In this document: in pieces, positions 33,006 to 44,943 of the stretch
Position numbering within the stretch: the stretch's first letter is position 1
How the letters are laid out: every line of letters begins with the position of its first letter
NCBI GenBank assembly: GCA_977017575.1
Contig: CDRNVI010000009.1
Coordinates: forward strand, 496,001 to 560,000
Direction: 5' to 3'
DNA length: 64,000 nucleotides
DNA from: Paramoeba atlantica
Lineage: Eukaryota; Protista; Discosea
Notes under the pieces: generated by a model
Database searches by the model: none
The model's input: the letters and a program-made list of their open reading frames with translations, nothing else
Told to the model about the DNA's origin: nothing
Translations under genes and position numbers: made by a program

Positions 33006-35902
33006 AGGAAAAGCAAGTACACACCAATAAAAAGGAAGTTAAAAGATCAAATACAGAATCCAAAATACAAAAATATCAATATGAAGCAGAACACGAAAAC
33101 GAAAATAAAAATACAAAGTCAAATTACAATAAACAAAGCAAGTACAAAACGGAAAAACATTTATCAGCCAGTATTACGGACCAGCACCTCTATCCGACCC
33201 GTTTGCAAGACACAAACGGAAAAACTACCGTCCCACACGTGCAAATTTCGAATCAGCAATATCGATACCCACAGATCCACTACCCGACGTATCATCACCA
33301 AGGCTCATCGTCAGACCAATGGATCCCACATCAAAATATCGAATATCACCCAGCCACCGAGACACAACATACCCCAGGAACAGACCCCCTATTACGTTAT
33401 GTCCAATTTCCTCAACGTGACATCTCCTTCGGTAATGGAAGCGTTGAAGCCTATGTGGGCGGAGACAACATGGACTACCAGGTGCCGTCTGCTATGCCAT
33501 ATGCGGAGTTTGGGAATACCCATTACGGATACGGGGGTCATACGATTTATTATGGGACGCCCGATATCTACACAGACCAAGCTCACGTACCTAAAACACC
33601 TTATAGCAATTTTGAAGCGACTGGAACTCTCTACGCGGCAATCCCAAATGTACACGAAAGTGTTGATCCGCAAGGGGGCATCTATCCCACAGCACCAGGC
33701 GGCCCCAGTAACCAAGAAGGATTTGCAGAAAACGCTTATGAGCATGCCGGAAGACAGAGCAGTGGTTGCACTCCTTGCTTTCAAAACAGCTTCCCGGGCT
33801 GGGGAAATCGCCAAGCTACGCAGGAAGGATGTTATAGTGCTCCGCCCGTCACGTATTATCATCAACTGGGGTACGAAATCGAAAACCTCCAAGGCACAAC
33901 CATTCCGCCCCGACAATCTAGTGGTAATCGAGGGAGAAACCACCAGGCGTATCTACAACTACCTGAAGAGGTTAAGCCCGCATCAGCGGATCAGCAACTG
34001 TACAACACAAGACCTCACTCGCACGCTCAAGAAAGGACTGGGGAGCAATTACAGTTCCCACTCCCTCAAGCATGGATCAGTCCAATACCTGATGAGGCAA
34101 GTCGCCAAAGGCTCCATAACTATGCCGCAAGTCATGCACCTGGCCAAACACAAACAATTGTCAACCCTTATGCGCTATGCAGGTATGAACGAGACTACGG
34201 CACTGGCACTGGGAAGTCAGAAGCTGACCAAACTCCTATGAAATCTAAGACGCTCGAATACCAAGGTGGGTGGATCGGAATCACGGAGAAAATGCAGTAC
34301 GGTATTCGACGTACGATAACCAGAATGTTTCGCCGAACATGCCGCCCTACGGCGAAGCAGATGCAGACACTACCTATCCACGCGAAACATGTACCGCCGC
34401 TGTACCTGGAACGTTTAACTTCTTTGATGAATGCGCCTACGCGAGAACGCTTCACACAAGTGTGGGAACTACTTATTAACCCAACGAACGATGCACCAAT
34501 CACCACTATACCTCTCGTATCTCCCACATGTCTGAGCAAGAAAGACGTATGCATCTTGATCGATGTTGATGTCCTGGAAAGAGTAAATGACCAAACATTG
34601 CACAAATATCCGACCAAAGGAATCGTACACCCTTTTACGAACGTCGAAGAACGCGACACTGGATTACGTAGGCGATTTATTTGTTGGCCTAAAGAACATA
34701 ATGCTGCTATTGAGGATGCATATAAAGCTGACGTACCAATAGGACACCCCACGATGTATATGCCCGCCGTACAACAACAGTATGCAGTGAAGAGAGACCT
34801 CAGTTGTGGTTTTTACCAAGTAGAATTGCCGGTTGAAGCTCGGGCACATTATCGTTTCGCATATAACGGCGGCCTATACCAACTGAAGCGCATGCCCATG
34901 GGACATGCGTGCGCGCCAGAGATTCAACATATAGCAACCAGTGTCTTAGCTGGAGACGGGAAGTATACCTCATTGGCACATCGATTCAAGGGACAGTTAG
35001 ATATCTACCTGGACGGGATCCGCTTCAGTGGCACAGCAGAGCAAAGCCATGTATACGAACAGTGGCTGGAGGAACGGGCTAAAGATATTGGAATGACCTT
35101 CAAACCGAGTGATTCTTACATAGGTACGAACTACAATTTCCTGGGAATAGAATATGACCATAGCCAACAAAAATGCCGAATAGGAGAGCGTTTTCTCAAC
35201 AAGATCCCAAAACAATTACCCGAGTTGGCGCAACTTCACGTATACGAATCCTTAATTGCTCGCCTCATTTATGCATCCGCGGTATCAGGGATCTTATTAC
35301 CAAAGTACTATTGGGTGATAAAATATATTAGAAGACAGCTCTCAAAATTAAATAGAGGGGTGATGCAGGACACAGATACAATTGTGCCATCCGCTAACAT
35401 ATACCAGCAAATGAACGAATGGGTATACCAAATACATAAGAATCCATGGCGCGCTTGCGCAGACGTCAGTACCCCAGTAACAGTAATGTACACCGACGCG
35501 TCGAAAGCTGGATGGGGCGCAGTATTATTCCCTTCAATAGGCCCAATGACGGCCACAGGCAGCTTATGGGAAGAACCCTATGAAATAAACAAAGCAGAAA
35601 TTTTAGCGGTCGAGCGGGCCTTACATACGTTTGAGGCGTATTGGCACGAGAACAAACTTCTCCACGTATACGTAGATAACACTAGTGTGCAAGCCGCCAT
35701 GACACGTAGTTGGGCGGATTCAGAGGGATTGGCCGAGGTATTATATCGAATACTAACCTATTTACGCGAGATGAATATTATACATTCAACATCATACGTT
35801 AATACAAAACAAAACCTCGCAGATCCGTGGAGTCGCGGAAAATTTGATACTTCGCATGGGGTGATACTTGCGAAGGGGTGGAGCGGGCGAGCCCCGTCGT
35901 AA
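32948..35902 (+). CDS. YR2 Pol in the -1 frame: extension overlapping the YR ORF, then RT and RNase H
   Basis: Frame verified open from 32948 to 33203 and through ORF 33203-35902; KRDLSCGFYQ, MPMGH, YLDG, TDAS, E, DN and NLAD motifs. Confidence 0.88.
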   Translation, partial: GFSWTGDRSTALTLKSPPPEEKQVHTNKKEVKRSNTESKIQKYQYEAEHENENKNTKSNYNKQSKYKTEKHLSASITDQHLYPTRLQDTNGKTTVPHVQISNQQYRYPQIHYPTYHHQGSSSDQWIPHQNIEYHPATETQHTPGTDPLLRYVQFPQRDISFGNGSVEAYVGGDNMDYQVPSAMPYAEFGNTHYGYGGHTIYYGTPDIYTDQAHVPKTPYSNFEATGTLYAAIPNVHESVDPQGGIYPTAPGGPSNQEGFAENAYEHAGRQSSGCTPCFQNSFPGWGNRQATQEGCYSAPPVTYYHQLGYEIENLQGTTIPPRQSSGNRGRNHQAYLQLPEEVKPASADQQLYNTRPHSHAQERTGEQLQFPLPQAWISPIPDEASRQRLHNYAASHAPGQTQTIVNPYALCRYERDYGTGTGKSEADQTPMKSKTLEYQGGWIGITEKMQYGIRRTITRMFRRTCRPTAKQMQTLPIHAKHVPPLYLERLTSLMNAPTRERFTQVWELLINPTNDAPITTIPLVSPTCLSKKDVCILIDVDVLERVNDQTLHKYPTKGIVHPFTNVEERDTGLRRRFICWPKEHNAAIEDAYKADVPIGHPTMYMPAVQQQYAVKRDLSCGFYQVELPVEARAHYRFAYNGGLYQLKRMPMGHACAPEIQHIATSVLAGDGKYTSLAHRFKGQLDIYLDGIRFSGTAEQSHVYEQWLEERAKDIGMTFKPSDSYIGTNYNFLGIEYDHSQQKCRIGERFLNKIPKQLPELAQLHVYESLIARLIYASAVSGILLPKYYWVIKYIRRQLSKLNRGVMQDTDTIVPSANIYQQMNEWVYQIHKNPWRACADVSTPVTVMYTDASKAGWGAVLFPSIGPMTATGSLWEEPYEINKAEILAVERALHTFEAYWHENKLLHVYVDNTSVQAAMTRSWADSEGLAEVLYRILTYLREMNIIHSTSYVNTKQNLADPWSRGKFDTSHGVILAKGWSGRAPS
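32985..34241 (+). CDS. YR2 tyrosine recombinase, in frame behind the gag TGA (first ATG 33081)
   Basis: ASRAGE, HSLKHG and KHKQLSTLMRY catalytic motifs. Confidence 0.9.
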   Translation, partial: LSRVLPPRKSKYTPIKRKLKDQIQNPKYKNINMKQNTKTKIKIQSQITINKASTKRKNIYQPVLRTSTSIRPVCKTQTEKLPSHTCKFRISNIDTHRSTTRRIITKAHRQTNGSHIKISNITQPPRHNIPQEQTPYYVMSNFLNVTSPSVMEALKPMWAETTWTTRCRLLCHMRSLGIPITDTGVIRFIMGRPISTQTKLTYLKHLIAILKRLELSTRQSQMYTKVLIRKGASIPQHQAAPVTKKDLQKTLMSMPEDRAVVALLAFKTASRAGEIAKLRRKDVIVLRPSRIIINWGTKSKTSKAQPFRPDNLVVIEGETTRRIYNYLKRLSPHQRISNCTTQDLTRTLKKGLGSNYSSHSLKHGSVQYLMRQVAKGSITMPQVMHLAKHKQLSTLMRYAGMNETTALALGSQKLTKLL

Positions 35903-36590
35903 GTAACAGCAAGTAAAGATCTAGCAAGTACATAAGATAAATATTTAGATGCACTTTTGAGACCATACAAAATTACGTTCTACTACTAGAATAAGCCGAA
36001 TGGTAAACCGCGACGGAATATTAGACGATACACACATAATAGATGACAACAATACAGCTACTAAGTTGTTTATTAAACAATGGATTAATTAATATGTGTT
36101 ACCCAGAGACGGCTTGTCAAGGAGGATTCAACGTGTTGTCAAGGCCCAATTATAAAACTCTTGGAAATGTAATTGGGCCTTTGTACTAGTGTCAGGAATT
36201 AAGGAAAACATGAAGGACTTATTCGTGAACTACGGCATGATATTATTTGCAAAATTAGACAGACTTTTCTTATTTGTATTTCGCACGAATAAAAGTGGCC
36301 CACCCACCTCCCCGCTCCGCGCGGGCGAGCCCCGTCGTAAGTAACAGCAAGTAAAGATCTAGCAAGTACATAAGATAAATATTTAGATGCACTTTTGAGA
36401 CCATACAAAATTACGTTCTACTACTAGAATAAGCCGAATGGTAAACCGCGACGGAATATTAGACGATACACACATAATAGATGACAACAATACAGCTACT
36501 AAGTTGTTTATTAAACAATGGATTAATTAATATGTGTTACCCAGAGACGGCTTGTCAAGGAGGATTCAACGTGTTGTCAAGGCCCAATTA

Positions 36591-39500
36591 CAGATGAGTT
36601 CTCATCCAGAGGAACAAGTGGACGAGCCATTACCAATCTATCCGTCTTCAAACAAGCGCAGAGCGACGCGTCAACGCTCGCGTTCTCTTCCTCGTCTATC
36701 TAATCCTTTTACCCGAGTTGTAGAGGAGGAAATCCCGGAAAAAAGTGTTCCAGACCCAAGAGTGCACTCAGCGAACCAAATGGTGGAAGTGTTTGGTGGT
36801 CTGTCGAAGCAGTTGGAGGCGCTCCTTAAGAACCAGCAGGAGCAGCAGTCTCTTTGGGAGCGGCGTAGCACCCAAGAAAGTGAACGGTTTGAAACGCTTT
36901 TAAGTAATATACGGATCGGATCTTCGCTCCATGGCGGCGAACGGGCACATATGGCATCAGCTCCCGACACACCGGGAGATCAACCTTTGACATTGGACAA
37001 AGTCCGGGATGAGGTACGGAAGATAAAAGATCTATTGGATGATTATGTTGTGGAATTGAAGGTAACCTGGTATTGGACAGGAGAAACACCAGTGTGTGCA
37101 CAAACATGGAGAGGCGTGGCTCACACGACGGGAGATGAAACCGATTCAATCATTGTAACTTACCCTCACGGAACGTCGGAGCTCCCTCTGCCTGGTGTGA
37201 CTTACACCAAGATCGAGGTTGTGGGTAAAACACCAATAGACAGCGTTACTCAGGACAGCGTCGAAGAGAAAGAATTTGTTCTCCACGATGTCAGTACTTG
37301 GGAGTCCTTGTTGGTGCCTCAGAAGGATTATGATGTGTTGGAGAATCGTCTCCGTGTGGGATTACGTATGCCGACTACATTAACTCCGGAATTGCAATAC
37401 GTGTGGGATCTCTTCCATCAATGGGTACTCTTGACGCAGGGCAAGGGTGGGCTCAATCTTGCAGATAAGAAGCATTTAAAGATGGGCCAAATGCTACTGG
37501 ACCGTTTGCGGATAAAGCAAGCCATTCTCCGAGGAGCAGACCCGCAATACGTGGAAACTCATTATGGTGTTCAACAGGACCCAACGGATCAGTTGGGGAA
37601 CATGCTCGTTAGCAGCATAAATTACAACAAGACTCGAGGCAGGGCTGGCGGTCACCGAGGACGACGAGCATATTACGGTCGAGGAACACAGGAGCAGAAT
37701 TCCAAGGTACCGCGATCGGATTTCGCGCTGCGGGGGTCTGGCGGGAAGTGACTCGGAGAAGTCCGCCCCCGGGCAAAAAGCCAGTCTATACAAAGAATAA
37801 AATTAAAGGAAAATTTAGGGAGCAAAAAGAGCAGGGAGAATTTTTTAAGTCAAAGCAAGAAGCAAGAGAATGTACAGCGGATAATAAAAGCAAGTTTAAA
37901 GCGTATAACGCAGGATCAAGTCAAGTCAAGTCAAAGGCAAGGCAAGTCAACACATCTGCAGTCGGAGGAAACATACAGCCCTGTTTCGCACCCAAAACGG
38001 ACCCCGCAAACCGTTTTGAGGGACTCCCCCGTCACACAACCAACATGCGCGTTTTTGAGAGACGTGCGATATGTCCTCGCGGAGATGGGAATCACAAGAA
38101 CAGAAATGCAAAAACATCTTCTAAATTTATGGGCCCGAACTACGTGGATGACCCGCGCACGATTACTCCGATAAATGCGAGCCGCTCATCTTTCGTTCGA
38201 CGACGACAACGTCGTCGCATTCATTTCCGGACTAAGGATCACCGTTCAAACCAAGCACACTTACCTGAAACACTTAATTTCCGTACTTGCGAAGGCTCAA
38301 AAGCCTACAACACATGCGGAACTTCTCGCCAAAACTTTCGCCAGGACCGGGGCAGCGATACCGACCCGACAAGCACTCCCAATTTCCAAAGATCAGATCC
38401 GGCTGTTAATTCCCCTAATGCCAAACGATATGAAGCTGGTAGTGCTCGTCGCTTACAAAACGGCTTCCAGAGCGGGCGAAGTTTCAAAAATGCGGCGCAG
38501 AGATGTTATTACCCTTCGGCGGGACCGGGTTGTTATCCATTGGGGCCAACATACGAAGACTACCCGAGCGCAGCCGTTTCGGCCGGACTCTTTCACGGTG
38601 ATCGAGGGCGAATTTACGGAGGAAATTTACAAACTCTTGAAGAATCACCAATTAACCCAACGTTTCAGTCGAGTTACTACGGAGGGAGTGACCAATTTTC
38701 TGCGGGACCATTTGGGCAAGGGATACTCATCCCACAGCCTCAAACATGGGGCAGTGCGTGCCATGATGGAAGAAGTGGCACACAACAACCTCACTATGGA
38801 GGATGTAATGCGGCTATCAAAGCACAAACAGATGGCAACGTTGCTCCGGTATTCCGGGGTGACGGAAACTGCTGCCTTGGCGCTCGGCACACAGCGGAGC
38901 ACCAGGACACTCTGACGTCCAAGGTTCCACTTGGGTATGGTATTAAGAGGCCTAGCATAGAGAGATTAGGCGTACATTGGGAACCTGCCATGCAGGACGC
39001 TCTTTGGAACCCAAAGTTGGTGTGGTCCCGCTTGCACCGGAAGACAATCCGCCCTACCTCAGATATGATGGTGAAGGTGCCTTTGCATGCGAAGTACGTA
39101 TCCCCTCTGTATTTGGACTGTGTGCGCGAATTAATGAATCCCCAAACGCAGCACAGATTCGATTATTTATGGAAAGAAATTTGTAATCCATCAGTGCCCT
39201 AAATTATTCCGCGCCCAAGTCCAGTGAGTCCGTCCGAATTGACTCACAATGACTTGAAACAATTGCTTGAGGCGGACATAATTGAACGAGTCGAGGATAC
39301 TTTGGCGAATCCTACTAAGGCATGGGTAATCCCATTCACCACTTTGGAGGACAGAGAGGGAGCTTTTAGACGCCGATTTATTACGTGGACAAAGATCCAT
39401 AACGCTGCAATCGAAACTTCTTACGTCGCACATGTTCCATTAAAGCAGCCAGTTGAATATGTATCGCAAGTACATGAGGATGGTGCGGTTCTCCGTGATT

Positions 39501-40830
39501 TATCTTCTGCATTTTATCAGGTAGCCCTGCCGGGTTTAACTAGGTCCTATTATCGGTTTCATTGTAGTGGCGTGACATATCAAATGAAAAGGATGCCGAT
39601 GGGACATGCAATGGCACCGGAATTCATGCAAATCATTACGTCAGTTATTGCGGGCCACAGACATTACACGGAGCCACCGACCTTGCTGCGTCATCAAGTT
39701 CAACCGGACATTTACGTTGACGGTTTGCGTTATTGCTCTGATAAATTATCGGGAAAGGATTATGCGGAGTATGTTGATGCGAGAGCCAAACGTATCGGAG
39801 CCACATTCAAGGTAACAAAACAGGATCATGTAGAGAAGTACGAATGGTTAGGGGTAGAATATGACCACATCCAACATTCGCACCGCATGTCTCAGCGATT
39901 CATGTCGAAAATTCCAGGAACATTACCATTGAATTCACCCTTTTGCTTTTATGAAACTCTCTGCGCCAGATTGGTTTACGCCTCCGGTGTATTGCGAATT
40001 CCGTTAGCCAAGTATTATTGGATTATCAAATACATACGAAGGCAGGTTTCCAAACTAAACAAGGGCTTAATGAACGAGATGACGTCTGTTGAGCCCCCTA
40101 TGGGGGCGCTCAACCAGATGCACAGATGGGCTCAAGAAGTTCTCTCGAATCCTTGGCAAATTTATGAAGAACTACCGTTTACAGCTGCCACGCTATTTAC
40201 AGATGCTTCCTTGGATGGTTGGGGGGCAGTGCTGTTTCTGCCTGACGGCACGGTATACGGCACCGGGGCGCCATGGAAAGAAAAGATGGAAATTAACGAG
40301 GGGGAAGCCCTCGCTGTGGAGAGGGCAATGCTAGCTTTTCGTCCACAGTGGCCGCATATGAAAAAGACTTATATCATGATTGATAATACTAGCGTGCAGC
40401 ATGCTCTGCGAAAGCGATGGGCTGATTCTGAGGCTATCGCCCGCGCGTTGATGCGTATTGAGCAGTTAATGAAAAATTCAGGCATATCCTTATTTCCTCA
40501 GTATGTTAGAACAAAAGAAAATTTGGCTGACCCGTGGAGTCGGGACAAATTTTCTACTTGGCGACAGGGTGGTGTTTTCAAACTGGCCCCGTCACAGACT
40601 AGCGAGTGGGCGGGTGCGGACGTTCCCATTCGTTAGTCAATTGAAGCAAGTGTAAAAGAATTCGTAGTGGACACATCGTCCTAAAGTTATAATGATTAGA
40701 GGTCAAAGATTTAATGGCCTTCTCGAATATATATGAGACGGTGTTTACTGATTAGATATAGTTTATTGATGTTTTATCTCCAATGCCTGGACGAGGCGTC
40801 GCCGACCGCTTGTTACCCAAATACTAATTA
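36591..40830 (+). mobile_element. YR3: gag (to 37751), YR (37752-38915, TAA at 38172), Pol in the -1 frame (37718-40636, TAA at 39200); interrupted by YR2, 3' repeats truncated
   Basis: ORFs 36534-37751, 38175-38915, 37748-39202 and 39224-40636; one nonsense codon in each of YR and Pol. Confidence 0.88.
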
Positions 40831-43800
40831 CTGTCGTTTCATCGCAGCTAAGCAGGAGGTATTGTCTATATACAAGTCGATACACGTGTCGCGATTAAAG
40901 TGATGAACGAAGTGCTCCAAAGCAAGACGAACGGCCCTCGCCTCCGCTTTGTTGACTTCGTACTCGTATTCCTCGGGCCATTTATCTCCAGCACACAGCA
41001 TTTGCCCATAATCTAAGTATAGAACGGCGCCCCATCCCTTGGACGAGGCATCTGTAAATAACGTGTGATTGTGCGGAACGGCATCTGGGTGCGGCAAAGG
41101 GGTTACAGGAATATTACTCGTCAACTTTTTATTCCATCTGGTCAATGAGATTCCGACATAAGCAGGCAACATTGCGCGTTTAATTCCCAAATCTGGATTC
41201 CGATTTAATGCATTTATGCGTCGTCGAACAATTTTCAATATCATGTGATACTCCGGTAACGGTTCTCCCAAAATTCCGGATGCATATATCATTCTACCTA
41301 CAGCTGATTCTAAATCGTCGTATGTTATCGTACGGAAACTATGTTTTCTCAACCGTGCTACAATTTTCGGCACAAGCGCTACTTTCTTCTCGCGATGTAA
41401 ATATGACACTCCATTGAAAATATAATTTTGTTGGGGAGGAGTCCCGTGGTCTTTAAATCTTGCATTTATGAATGATGACCTGCGATCTACGAATTCACCG
41501 AACTTACTCGCCGTCTGGAAATCCCCGGCAAAACGAATTCCATCAATGTAAACATCGGCGCCTTTTACCGGAAATCTATCTTCTTTTGAACAGTATTTCG
41601 GGTCGCCAGCCAAAACTGCGGTAATCGAATGCATCAACTCTGGAGCACATCGATGTCCCATGGGCATAACTGTTAGTTCATACAAGTGGCCGTCACCTGA
41701 TCGAAAACGAAATTTTGCTCTCGAGTCAATTGGAATTCCTACTTGATAAAAACTGCATGCGAGATCCCTTTTAATTCCGTAATCTTGCTTCACCTGGTGT
41801 AAATAGTAGGCAGCATGTCGTAAAGGAATGGAAGGCACGTACGATTCCCGAATTCGAGCGTTGTCTGCTCTCGTCCATGCGATGAATCTTCTTCTTTCAC
41901 AGATACCATCGTCACCGTCAGGCTCCACTACAGTGAATGGAATGACCCATTGATTTGTCGGGCGTTTTGTCTCTTGTTCGTGGGACACTTTCGATACAAA
42001 GCCTGCGTCAATTAACAACTGTACATCGCTTAATGGGACAGAGAAAAATTGAGGAGATTCTTTTTCTGGTTCTGGTAACAGATCAAACATTTCACGTCGT
42101 AGGTACTCGCAGCGCTGACGCGTTTCCTCATTCATTAAACTCATGACTCGTTTGAAATTAATTTGTGGAATGTCAAATTTCACATGTAGCGGTAAATGAA
42201 AGTTCTCTTTCGTCGCTAGCTTGGTAGCTCTTTTAGTTCGCACGATAGTATGCTTGATTTTCTCCTGCGGCATGTCCCGCAGGAACTCGCGAAATAAAAA
42301 CCCTGATTCTATAGCGTTTTCAGGAGGGAGGTCGCTTTTGCGGTTCCCAACGCCAAAGCTGTTGTCACTGGGTCGCTATTGTATCGGAGGAGTGATTCGA
42401 TCTCTTGATGCTTCGCCAAATTTTTCAAATCTTCCAATGTTAACTTTCCCTGTGCTACCTCTCGAAATAGCATTGTAATTGCCCCCCTCTTGGCTGAATG
42501 AGTCCCGAACCCCGCACCTAGAATGTCGCGAATCTTGCTGTCCATCTTTCGCACTGTTGTTCGACACAGGACGTCGTAAGACTTCAGAATACGTAGGTGA
42601 TCCGCTATTTCGAGAGTTCCCTGTCCCGATATGACTGTATACATTGATTTTTTCCACGGGTTGCATCTTGAGGTCTTTGTGCCTCGACCCCACCATATTA
42701 TGATCCGGTTGGAGTTTACTTCCACAAAATTTTCCTTTCTCAGGGAAGCCGTTTCGCTCCATCTCGATGCACTCTTCCAACATATTAGCATTGTGACACT
42801 TTCGTTCGCCTCCAGGTTTGATCTTAGACGACAAAGAAGGTGTGGTGTCAGCGGCGTCATTTGGTGCATCGGCTCTCCCGCTCCCTCTGCTTGCAGGGCT
42901 CGAACAAAGAACTTGAGTGGATTTATGTTGGCACCCGCTAGGTTGAATAAGGTCATGAGATTTCTGCCGTACGTTAACCTGGTCTGCACTGATATTGGTA
43001 ACATTTGCAAGAACGTTACCGCGTGGATTGGATTTCGTTCGATTCTTCGCCAGGTACAGAATCCCTGAAACCTTTCCCATAGACGCGCACGAGTTGACCA
43101 AGTCCTGCTTGCCCACATCGACGCTATGGCGTCCAGCGCTATCCGTACTTCGTGCGTTACCAAAGTCACTCCCATGAGATGCTGTGTCAATTTCCTTCTC
43201 GCTTGGTTTGATTGTTGCAAACTCAAAACTCCTCCGTATACTTGCGTCGAGTTCACCAACCTTCCGTTCAAGTTTACTGAGCTTGTCACATGTTCCCCTG
43301 AACAATTCTTGAAACGTTTGGTTACTAGCGAGGTTTCCGCCCCAAAGCGCCCCCGTTTCCGGGGGGCCGGGACACTGGCAATTTTCGGGTGGTCGTCCTA
43401 TAACGACTTTCCGCTCTGATGAGCGGTGCCAGACACCCGCGACCGAAAATCCGGCTGCTGGCGTCGATGCGGACACTGGCGTAGGATATGATCGGGGGAA
43501 CGACAATTGAAACACAATAAACGATTACGGTAAGGTGGTCCACCGGGAAATATGTTGGCTTGCATCGACGGTCCCGGTGGTGGTGGTGGTGGTGGTGGGA
43601 AACCTTGGAACGGTGGTGGGTAATAGGGCGCAGAAAAGTTCGCAGCGTAATACTTCTTCTTGGCTTTATCCCGTTCAGTCAATTGGTCTGCTACGTGCTG
43701 GTAAAATTTGTCATTAGAACGTTCATCCTTGCTAATTTTACGGTGTACATCTTCAACGTCAATTTTTCGGGCGCGCCAGTAAGCGTCTCGCAAGCTTTGT

Positions 43801-44816
43801 ACGATTGCGTTTCCTAACTCAATAAATGTACCCTTGTTCCAATCTTGCGTTTGACGCGCTAGTAAGATCCATCTGCCCAATAAATTGTCAAAGTTGCGTT
43901 CTTGCTGCTTTACAAAATTTTTATCATAAAAATACTGGTTTAAGCGCAATCCGAATTCGGGTGCCTCTCGCAATTCCCTCATCAGGTCTCTGATCTTGAA
44001 TCCATCGTCATTGCGTGCATTTATCCATGCTTCGTAGGTCACGGGTTCGTAATGTTGAAGCTTGAGCGACGGCGGAACTGTTTCTTGTCCAGAGACTTCT
44101 TGGCTACCATACTGTGGCGGAAGGGGCCGTCCTCCACCAAGAGATGGTGCTTGTTGAACACTCAGCGATGCGTGTTCTTGATCCAAAATTTCGATAACGT
44201 AATAATTCAATTCCGCATGCGGAAACGGATATTCTGTAGTAAGGTCGTCTTCCCAAACTGCCCAGATCTCAATACCATCTCGTCGGGCCTTTCCATGAGA
44301 TGTTGTTAGTGGCGCAGAGGGGCTGTCTTTACGGCGCCAGGAGGCTTTCAAATGTACTGTGGCCGGCTCCGTCGTACACGTCAAAAGTTTTTCGCATACA
44401 TTGGACACAACGGCATTTAGGTCTTTGTTTCGAAGTGGTTCACTCGGTATTTGCTGTCCAGTCGGGGAAGAGCCTCTTGACGATACTTGTTGGGTAGAAT
44501 CGGAAGTCATGGCAAACTTTTCGTCGCGGAAATATGAAACAATATTCTTATATCAATCTTCATGCAACAAGGTACAGAAACTGTATCTTTATCGTTAAAG
44601 CAAACTTTTCGTCGCGGAAATATGAAACAATATTCTTATATCAATCTTCATGCTAATACATATTCACATGTACATTAATGTTATCTCACAAGTTGAATTT
44701 CAAAAACATGCGTACAATGCCCGCCGGCTATTCGGCAAAATAGCTCAATCATGTAAATTCAAAATCAATATTAAAATCAAAATGATGCGCTGGACAATTC
44801 TTATCGTAAACTCTTA
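40828..44816 (-). mobile_element. YR4: A1 44601-44816, SL, gag 43398-44510 with CCHC knuckle, YR 42309-43397, Pol in the -1 frame (TAG at 42376), RNase H truncated
   Basis: CFNCRSPDHILRQC; ASRWSE, HSAKRG and KHQ..LLRY; KRDLACSFYQ, YIDG and TDAS; the RNase H lacks the final N.AD motif. Confidence 0.88.
44565..44600 (-). ncRNA. Retroposed spliced-leader exon joined at the AG acceptor of the YR4 repeat A
   Basis: SL followed by CATGAAG versus genomic ATTAG followed by CATGAAG (AG at 44653-44654); 52-nt UTR duplicated (44513-44564 and 44601-44652). Confidence 0.9.
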
Positions 44817-44943
44817 TAAGGCCCTTTCTTTTGTTAAGTCCCTTTCTTTTGTTAAGGCCCTTTCTTTTGTTAAGACCGTTTCTTTTCTTAAGACCCTTTC
44901 TTTTGTTAATGACCTTTCTTTTGTTAAGACCCTTTCTTTTGTT
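44817..44943. repeat. 18-bp satellite block (GTTAAGACCCTTTCTTTT), about 7 units
   Basis: Read directly. Confidence 0.95.

Larger units (their letters stand above)
31465..36590 (+). mobile_element. Complete, apparently intact VIPER/TATE-like YR retrotransposon YR2 with split direct repeats
   Basis: A1 31465-31612 equals A2 36153-36300; B1 35883-36152 equals B2 36321-36590; all three ORFs are uninterrupted. Confidence 0.93.
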
